IMG/VR virus record: IMGVR_UViG_3300035670_000017
Span: 128,850 to 167,687 of that record
Direction: 5' to 3' (one strand)
DNA length: 38,838 bases
DNA from: a virus
Lineage: Duplodnaviria > Heunggongvirae > Uroviricota > Caudoviricetes
Shown: piece by piece, positions 34,092-38,838 of the stretch
How the letters are laid out: every line of letters begins with the position of its first letter
Position numbering within the stretch: position 1 is the first letter of the stretch
Position numbers and translations under genes: made by a program
Notes under the pieces: generated by a model
Seen by the model: the letters and a program-made list of their open reading frames with translations, nothing else
Database searches by the model: none
Told to the model about the DNA's origin: nothing

Positions 34092-34985
34092 TTAGGACTC
34101 CAAGAATTGACGCAAACGAGGGATTGCGTTGGGGTTAGAGAGATTGATGACGGGGATGTTCATCGCCTTAGCAATCGCTGCGACGTGACCGGCTTGACCG
34201 GACTGCATCGTGCGGGTAGCTGGACCTTCACATCCATCTTCAGACCAAATGATGACAATCTGGCATGGTTGCTTCAGGTACTTGCCCAGGATCAGACGCA
34301 CGTTCTTGGCATAGAACGATTGTTGTACTTCCTTGATGTTACTCCATTCAGGCAAATAGCGCTTGGCAAATTCCTTGCACTCGTCGTTGCTGAAATAAGA
34401 AGCTTCGCCCTGGACTTGGTTGAAGTTCTTCCACGGAATGTGAAGCTCGACACCTGGAATGGTTTCCATCACCATTTTGTCAAAACCGTCCATACAGGAT
34501 GCACGGATGGTATATCCATGGTGAGCCAGGATGTTGCCAGCTTCTGCAATCAAAGGCTTCAGTTGATCAGGCGCGCGGCCGTTACCGGTAATGACAGCAG
34601 TCTTGGGGAGCTTAAGCTTTTCCAGTTCCTCAGGGGTCAGAGGCTTCGGTTGTTGACGATTCTTCCAGTTACCGCCACCGCCACCTCCGCCACCATTGCG
34701 ATTCCAATTACCACCACCTCCTTGGCGATTCTGCCAGTTACCGCCGTTGTTTCCACCTTGACGGTTTTGCCAATTACCACCATTGTTGCCTCCGCCGCCA
34801 GTCGAGGTGTACTGAGGCTGCTGCTGTTGTGGAGCTTGGTTCTGATAGCTGCCACCGGAGTAGCTGTTTTGAGAAGGCGCAGGTGCTTGGTTGCTGCTTT
34901 GACCGAAGTTCATCGGTTGTTCAGTGAATCCAGGGCGAGATTCAGGCTGGCCGCCTTGACCCTGGTTATTTTGATAGAAATCCAT
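34092..34985 (-). CDS. Prion-like Q/N/G-rich domain fused to a divergent DprA/Smf-like SLOG domain (297 aa)
   Basis: aa 1-112 low complexity. Then ITGNGRAP...GYTIRASCMDGFD...LHIPWKNFN...FYAKNVRLILG......IVIIWSEDG...SGQAGHVAAIA..MNIPVINL, aligned by eye to phage DprA-like SLOG (GIGSR...RSGGADGAD...YLPW..FN...ARN...LG...VICWTPDG...GGTG.A..IA...IPVFNL). SD AAGGAG. Confidence 0.75.
   Translation of the reverse strand: MDFYQNNQGQGGQPESRPGFTEQPMNFGQSSNQAPAPSQNSYSGGSYQNQAPQQQQPQYTSTGGGGNNGGNWQNRQGGNNGGNWQNRQGGGGNWNRNGGGGGGGGNWKNRQQPKPLTPEELEKLKLPKTAVITGNGRAPDQLKPLIAEAGNILAHHGYTIRASCMDGFDKMVMETIPGVELHIPWKNFNQVQGEASYFSNDECKEFAKRYLPEWSNIKEVQQSFYAKNVRLILGKYLKQPCQIVIIWSEDGCEGPATRTMQSGQAGHVAAIAKAMNIPVINLSNPNAIPRLRQFLES
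34653..34793 (-). repeat. Coding tandem repeat (GGNNGGNWQNRQ x2, GGGGNWNRN, G8NWKNRQ)
   Basis: Read directly from the translation. The DNA copies differ at synonymous positions. Confidence 0.85.
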
Positions 34986-35030
34986 AACTACTCCTTGGGT
35001 GTTGTTTAAGGTATACCCACCTTATACAGG

Positions 35031-35054
35031 CCAGTCCAGGTTTCCCCGGACTGG
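35031..35054. terminator. Hairpin
   Basis: CCAGTCC-A-GG-TTTC-CC-C-GGACTGG, in the gap between the 35073 and 34985 genes. Confidence 0.5.
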
Positions 35055-35072
35055 TTTATATATGATTTTTAA

Positions 35073-35258
35073 TCAATTGCTGTTGAAGAATGTATTTAAA
35101 AATCGAAAGGTTTGAAGTTGGTTCTCAACCATCGAATCAGCCAGGGAATCTGTCCAATTCTTAATCGTTGAGTGACCACATATCGCCTGAAGGCATTCGG
35201 TGTTGAGCTTCGTCCAGTACTTCAGAGCCTGGTTAAAGTGATAAGCCGCATCGCACAT
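35073..35258 (-). CDS. Small hypothetical protein (61 aa, MCDAAYHF...)
   Basis: ATG at 35258 avoids overlap with the RNAP gene. Start uncertain. Confidence 0.5.
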   Translation of the reverse strand: MCDAAYHFNQALKYWTKLNTECLQAICGHSTIKNWTDSLADSMVENQLQTFRFLNTFFNSN

Positions 35259-35280
35259 TATCTCATGTCCCTGTCCGTTT

Positions 35281-36621
35281 TTACGTGAATAGATCATCGA
35301 GGTTAAAGTCATTAACCGTCAACGAGTTAGTGTGCATCGCCTTCATAGATGCCGTCAAAATCGCGTGAGAGATTTCAGTCAGTGGCAAAGCGATACCTGT
35401 CTTGTATTTAGCCATAGCATCACCAGCACATGTCGAGCAGATCTCTTCCCCAGGTAGACGACAGTACATGGGAGAGCGGGTTCTCACTACTTGGCCTAGA
35501 TACTTACTGACATCTTCACCGTCGCCGATTTTCACTTGCGTAGAGCCGTTGATGACTGTGCGTCCTCGTAGAGAGTTCACTAGCCAAGGATAATACTTGC
35601 GAGTAATACCCATGGTCGATCCGCAGTTACCTTCCACGATCACGTAGTTATTAGAAGCGGCCAGCATTCGCTTAGCAGCCACGCCACCTTGCATGGTCTC
35701 ATAACCACGAGAGAATGAACCAGCACGGGATCCGTTGATCGTCGCTACGTATTGATCAGGGTCAGTAGGGAGTCCTTCTGACAGAGAGCGGGAGATACCA
35801 GTGATGCCTCCGTCTTTTCGGAAGCCTCCTTCTGCGCCCATGGATAAGAACAGTTTCTTTCGGCTGTCCTTGAGGATCTTGCCACTTGCGAACTTGTCCA
35901 GACTTGGATCGCCTTTGAGGTAGTCATAGTCGAATTCCAAAAGTTCCTTTTCAAATGCAGCCATTTGAATAGGGTCATTCAGATTCAGACCTGGGCGCTG
36001 AAGCATCTGTTTCTTCTTTTCCTCAATACCAGGAGGAGGAAGCAGTGTCTTTTGGGTCAGGCCCACTGTGAACAGATCCATCACTGTCGCGATCAATTCG
36101 ATACCTTTAGTCAGGTTCAAATATTCGTAGACATAGATCTTTTCTTTTTGAGGATCCGTGACAGAGCTGGGAACCGCTACGATCTGACCGGGTACATAGT
36201 TGTCCGGATTGCTTTCCAACCGGGGCATGATGATCTTTTCAATTTCAGAGATCTTCACTTCCTTGTTGATGTAAGGAATCTTCGCTCCAAATACCTCAGC
36301 CAGCAAAACAGCATTACTAACCAAGATACCGAACGTGGTATCCATCGGTGCTGTGATGTTCGGTAGCCACGTCTGGTCTACATGGACTGGGTCTTTAGCT
36401 ACGAACAACGGCCCTTTGCCAGAGTAGTCTTCAATAGGCTGGATCTCTAGATTCTGATCATAAGTACCCAAGCCCCATGGTTGCCGGATCAGCGTAAATG
36501 GTTGCTTGGGTACCTGTGCTGGATCCGGATCACTGAAATTGGACATACAGCGAACCCACCAATCACTTTCCAAATACCTCTTGTTAAGGAAAGACCCTTT
36601 CAAAAAGTCTAAGCGTTTCAT
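35281..36621 (-). CDS. rpoC: vRNAP beta' subunit, phiKZ gp80-like (446 aa)
   Basis: INGSRAGSFSRGYETMQGGVAAKRM (bridge helix), Zn site RSPMYC...ICSTCAG, trigger-loop-like LTASMKAMH. A second diverged beta' C-terminal segment, as expected for the virion RNAP. Confidence 0.88.
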   Translation of the reverse strand: MKRLDFLKGSFLNKRYLESDWWVRCMSNFSDPDPAQVPKQPFTLIRQPWGLGTYDQNLEIQPIEDYSGKGPLFVAKDPVHVDQTWLPNITAPMDTTFGILVSNAVLLAEVFGAKIPYINKEVKISEIEKIIMPRLESNPDNYVPGQIVAVPSSVTDPQKEKIYVYEYLNLTKGIELIATVMDLFTVGLTQKTLLPPPGIEEKKKQMLQRPGLNLNDPIQMAAFEKELLEFDYDYLKGDPSLDKFASGKILKDSRKKLFLSMGAEGGFRKDGGITGISRSLSEGLPTDPDQYVATINGSRAGSFSRGYETMQGGVAAKRMLAASNNYVIVEGNCGSTMGITRKYYPWLVNSLRGRTVINGSTQVKIGDGEDVSKYLGQVVRTRSPMYCRLPGEEICSTCAGDAMAKYKTGIALPLTEISHAILTASMKAMHTNSLTVNDFNLDDLFT

Positions 36622-37460
36622 GCATTTTGCTCCTTATGTCGGGTCATCTTGGTGATCATCTCCGCGATGACCTTACCCAAGCGATTTGCAGTCTCCAGAT
36701 CGCCGACCAAGCGGTCGGCGTATTCTGTATAAACAGCGATAGGGTTGAGTGTACCGTTGCCCGAGTACAGTAACAGGAACACCAGTGTCTGGACCAACAT
36801 GTTTTCATCTGTGATCAAACCACGTAGTTCGTCGTACAAAGGCAGATACAACTCGAAGTCTTCTCCCATGATGACATCGGAGTCCATGATGATTCGAACT
36901 GCTTCGTTGATCCCGAAGACTTTGGTAAACAAACGCACATTCTCTTTCAAGATAGGTAGCTCTTTGGTAGCTAGCTTTTGCGTCTCTTCTTGTTCGTACA
37001 GGTATTCAGCCAATAGCTTCAGGCAAACTGGACGAACTGTATCTACGATCTGCAAGAACGTGGTATCTGGAGTATTGGTGAACATCTCCAGGATCTGACA
37101 CAACTTGATAGAGTCGTCATTGTCGGATTCCAATACACGCAGTACTGGAACTGGATCTTCTAGACGTTGTAGTTGGAACATCACGCGCAGCACTTGGTTA
37201 TTGAAGGCCAATGTAGTGTCTTCCGACAAAGAGATACCGTGACGATCTAACAGGTACGCCTGTGCGTTCAGGATGATCAATGAGAACTTGTCAACCATGA
37301 CAATGGGATCCTCATAGGACTCATTCATCAACAAGTCTTCCATGGGGAGAAAAGGATCCAGGTAGTTAAAGACTCGCATGAGTCCAATCGCTTCAAAGAT
37401 ATCCTCCGCTTGTTGCTCGGTGTAGTTCGATTGCACAAACAAAGTAATCAGATCATCCAT
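36618..37460 (-). CDS. Acidic helical hypothetical protein, probably core (280 aa)
   Basis: SD AGGAG, with a 4-nt ATGA overlap onto the vRNAP gene. Confidence 0.8.
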   Translation of the reverse strand: MDDLITLFVQSNYTEQQAEDIFEAIGLMRVFNYLDPFLPMEDLLMNESYEDPIVMVDKFSLIILNAQAYLLDRHGISLSEDTTLAFNNQVLRVMFQLQRLEDPVPVLRVLESDNDDSIKLCQILEMFTNTPDTTFLQIVDTVRPVCLKLLAEYLYEQEETQKLATKELPILKENVRLFTKVFGINEAVRIIMDSDVIMGEDFELYLPLYDELRGLITDENMLVQTLVFLLLYSGNGTLNPIAVYTEYADRLVGDLETANRLGKVIAEMITKMTRHKEQNA

Positions 37461-37500
37461 AGCGCCACTCCTAGTGAAGAGAAAGTTTATTTAATCAATA

Positions 37501-37504
37501 CATA
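37501..37504 (-). promoter_or_regulatory. Candidate TATG late promoter for the minus-strand vRNAP operon
   Basis: TATG on the minus strand 40 nt upstream of ATG 37460, in AT-rich DNA. A 4-mer alone is weak evidence. Confidence 0.3.
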
Positions 37505-37646
37505 CAATTTAAGGCAAGTGCCTATATGTTCATTAGATTTGGCGCCAATGCTTGTATTTTGTATTAATAATACGTACTGTATAAATAGAGTAGAGACCTC
37601 TCGATGTTTAAGAGACTCTTTCGCCCAACCAACACAGAGTTTAATC

Positions 37647-38309
37647 ATGACTAAAACAATTGTCGACGAACTTCCATCTTTCTACAAGGACATACTTCAA
37701 AACAAGAAGCATGAGTCTCCTACTTCGATCTACTATGGCGAACTCCAGCGCAATGAAGAGATGCGCAAGCGCGTTCGCGAGACGTCTCGCCTATATCCCA
37801 TGTTCAAGGAAGACATCATGTCTTTCGTGACGGCCAAGGGTGATCTGAATCTACCAATTCAGTTGGATGTCATCAGTGATTTTATCGACGATATCGATCG
37901 AGAGATTCGACTGTCTAATTTCATCATCCAGCTTTACAAGAAGCTCGATGAAACGCCCTCGATTCCTGTAGTACTGGATACCAAGGGCGATAAGGATATT
38001 TGGCTGTCCCCTAAATACAACGACGAAGTCAAGAAGATCGAGGAAGACCGGAAAGACATGGAGGACGCAAAGAAGGATCTGTTCTCCACTGCTCCTACCA
38101 CCACTGATTCGTTAAGTAACTACGAACCTCGATACCTCAATCGTGAACTTCGGGAAATGGTCAAGGCTGTTCATTTCCTAATGAGCAAGATCGCCCGTCG
38201 AAAGCTGGAAATCCATAACCAACAGTTCATTGCGCTGTCGGTCAAACCCAAAGAACTCGATCAATTCGTCAAATCGATCAACTGGCGTGCTGTTTTTGTG
38301 AAAAAATAA
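37647..38309 (+). CDS. Hypothetical protein (220 aa)
   Basis: ATG 37647 chosen because the longer track ORF overlaps the divergent gene and the intergenic region. Confidence 0.7.
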   Translation: MTKTIVDELPSFYKDILQNKKHESPTSIYYGELQRNEEMRKRVRETSRLYPMFKEDIMSFVTAKGDLNLPIQLDVISDFIDDIDREIRLSNFIIQLYKKLDETPSIPVVLDTKGDKDIWLSPKYNDEVKKIEEDRKDMEDAKKDLFSTAPTTTDSLSNYEPRYLNRELREMVKAVHFLMSKIARRKLEIHNQQFIALSVKPKELDQFVKSINWRAVFVKK

Positions 38310-38366
38310 AATAGCATATTAATAGCCTGGACTATTACAACAACTTTTTACATCTAGAAAGAAATC

Positions 38367-38838
38367 ATGACAAACGCAGCAACTCAAATCCAAGCGCAAC
38401 TGGGCGTCGACAATGCACTGTTTCGCAAGCAATCCAACAACGCCTCCTGGAGTGAACTGGCCAATGGCGTAGAAGCCAAGGTACGCGATCAGATCGCGGG
38501 TTCAACTAATCTGGCTGAACAGATCCGTATCGTGGTAGATATGGCAGGAACCAGCAATGGTGAATTCCAAACTTTCTATACTGGCGTGATGCGAGATCTG
38601 AAGATCTATGCTCAGCGCTGGTCCGCACTGGCCTCTCGCCGCAATGGCCGCCTTGGTGTCATCCAAGATCCCGCTGAATACACTGACTACCTGTCTTTGG
38701 GTCTGGAGTTCGTTTCTCTGAGTGAGGAAATGGCGATCGTGGTACCTGATACTCTTTTCAACCTGCAAGAGCATCATCACTTTGCACTGGAGACTCTGCG
38801 CAAGCGCGCGGAAGAAGCCAATGTTGCTGAAGCTGACG
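38367..38838 (+). CDS. Helical hypothetical protein, 3'-truncated by the window (MTNAATQIQAQLG..., >157 aa)
   Basis: Open from ATG 38367 to the window end with biased codon usage. Missing from the ORF track because there is no stop. Confidence 0.75.
   Translation, partial: MTNAATQIQAQLGVDNALFRKQSNNASWSELANGVEAKVRDQIAGSTNLAEQIRIVVDMAGTSNGEFQTFYTGVMRDLKIYAQRWSALASRRNGRLGVIQDPAEYTDYLSLGLEFVSLSEEMAIVVPDTLFNLQEHHHFALETLRKRAEEANVAEAD

Noticed and set aside
34086-34094. Possible stop-codon read-through fusing the 34092 and 33147 minus-strand genes (TAA-ACA-ATG, in frame)
   Set aside because: TAA-A is a poor read-through context and ordinary translational coupling explains the layout. Only proteomics could revive this idea.
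33129-35009. 626-aa plus-strand ORF, and similar long antisense ORFs (918-1832, 19881-20960, 22723-24021, 25312-26967)
   Set aside because: These are shadows of strongly codon-biased genes on the opposite strand. They have no SD or protein motifs. The 626-aa one spans two genes only because those genes happen to be in the same frame.
37410-37646. N-terminal extension of the 37647 gene, and other upstream track starts (4801, 7417, 8239, 9231, 9499, 16117, 19662, 29232)
   Set aside because: These starts overlap other genes, hairpins or promoter motifs, while downstream ATGs have better SD or context.
1-38838. CRISPR array, tRNA or rRNA genes, IS elements, integrase, intron or intein
   Set aside because: No regularly spaced direct repeats, cloverleafs, transposase, integrase, HNH or LAGLIDADG motifs, or intein C-terminal HN motifs were seen. 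The RNAP genes are continuous.
1-38838. Assigning a specific host or phage species
   Set aside because: Family-level features are clear, but I cannot identify the isolate or host from sequence without a database search.

Overview
A 38.8-kb segment of a phiKZ-like, nucleus-forming jumbo phage (Chimalliviridae). No host chromosome genes, tRNA, rRNA, CRISPR array or mobile element were found. Layout: (1) 1-2475, small virion/tail-fibre-type genes ending in a DUF4376-like assembly protein. (2) 2693-10473, an accessory region of short ORFs, including a DUF4326-NADAR-SLOG three-domain fusion, a soluble HEXXH (M48-like) peptidase, a lipoprotein, a tandem XRE-like protein and small membrane proteins. 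(3) About 10.6-33.1 kb, the conserved chimallivirus core block: SbcD/Mre11-like nuclease, ChmC-like protein, non-virion RNA polymerase (nvRNAP) gp68-like subunit, PicA-like import factor, gp70-like protein, nvRNAP beta and beta' subunits and SF2 helicase, with three apparent lineage-specific insertions. (4) 33.1-37.5 kb, a minus-strand block with a prion-like/SLOG protein and the virion RNAP (vRNAP) beta' (gp80-like) subunit, then two plus-strand ORFs. Regulatory signals read directly from the DNA: a four-copy 16-nt candidate early promoter (ATATACTYTAYWTGAG) that folds back on downstream sequence in every copy, TATG-type late promoter candidates (one inside a hairpin that hides a ribosome-binding site), and about 17 intergenic 10-15-bp inverted repeats. 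RNAP, nuclease, helicase, NADAR, SLOG and peptidase calls rest on motifs I can see in the translation. The ChmC, PicA, gp68 and gp70 names rest mainly on gene order and size. No database searches or folding programs were run.
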